Position numbers and translations under genes: made by a program. From the NCBI RefSeq assembly GCF_035285525.1, contig NZ_JAYKGW010000150.1, forward strand, positions 1-26,536: a DNA stretch of 26,536 bases. Reading direction: 5' to 3'. The notes under the pieces were generated by a model, which saw nothing but the letters and a program-made list of their open reading frames with translations, searched no databases and had not been told where the DNA came from. This stretch comes from Okeania sp. Its GTDB lineage: Bacteria > Cyanobacteriota > Cyanobacteriia > Cyanobacteriales > Microcoleaceae. Positions 26,250 through 26,536 of this stretch are shown piece by piece (position 1 is the first letter of the stretch; each line of letters opens with the position of its first letter).

Positions 26250-26536
26250 TAGTTGGGAAAATTAATGAGTTATCTAATAGAGAATACAACATATATTAAT
26301 CCTAAATTAGGTTGTAATATTTTAACATAGCGGTCTACTTTAGAAACTAAAGCTAAAAATAAAGATGTGGATACCAAAACTTTCTCTGGAATGAGGTTTA
26401 TTGATTTTTCTCAAAGTGAGTTTCACCTTCAAACTGTAACGTTATAGTTTTTGAGAATTTACCAATAAAGATTTACTCAACCAAATTTGAGAATAATCTT
26501 TTCATCTTTTTCCCAAGAAAGAAGTCTAAACCAAAA

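Overview
This is an AT-rich chromosomal segment from a cyanobacterium. Evidence: at least nine HIP1 GCGATCGC sites (e.g. 509-516, 1710-1717, 3623-3630, 17884-17891), an ndhA-ndhI-ndhG-ndhE operon and an SLH/OprB-type porin. Heptamer STRR-like microsatellites suggest a filamentous Nostocales-type genome. The credible genes are all housekeeping: an SLC12-like permease, a membrane GTPase, a porin plus an orphan solute-binding protein, ispG, an S41 Ctp protease, murA, an M48 peptidase, tRNA-Leu(CAA), a few small hypotheticals and ndhAIGE. I see no prophage, CRISPR array, defence island, toxin-antitoxin pair or other novel protein machine, and I do not want to overclaim one. The unusual part is the non-coding fraction. 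By my coordinates only about 55% of the window is coding. The gaps are filled by at least three families of non-autonomous TIR elements (MITE-like) plus a 42-nt short dispersed repeat. The dominant family (about 215-270 bp, GGG...CCC ends, at least 14 copies or fragments, roughly 3.2 kb) has perfect 6-7 bp TA-NN-TA target-site duplications. It forms head-to-tail pile-ups, brackets a small membrane-protein gene as an inverted pair, sits 58-59 nt upstream of two start codons, and lies inside the ndh operon spacers. Other points of note: a nearly perfect 150-bp tandem duplication in the divergent porin/ispG control region, an M48 peptidase CDS whose last 22 nt are the 5' part of the tRNA-Leu gene, and a 1.9-kb gene-free stretch containing stable hairpins. 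All functional calls rest on motif recognition by eye. No database search was run.
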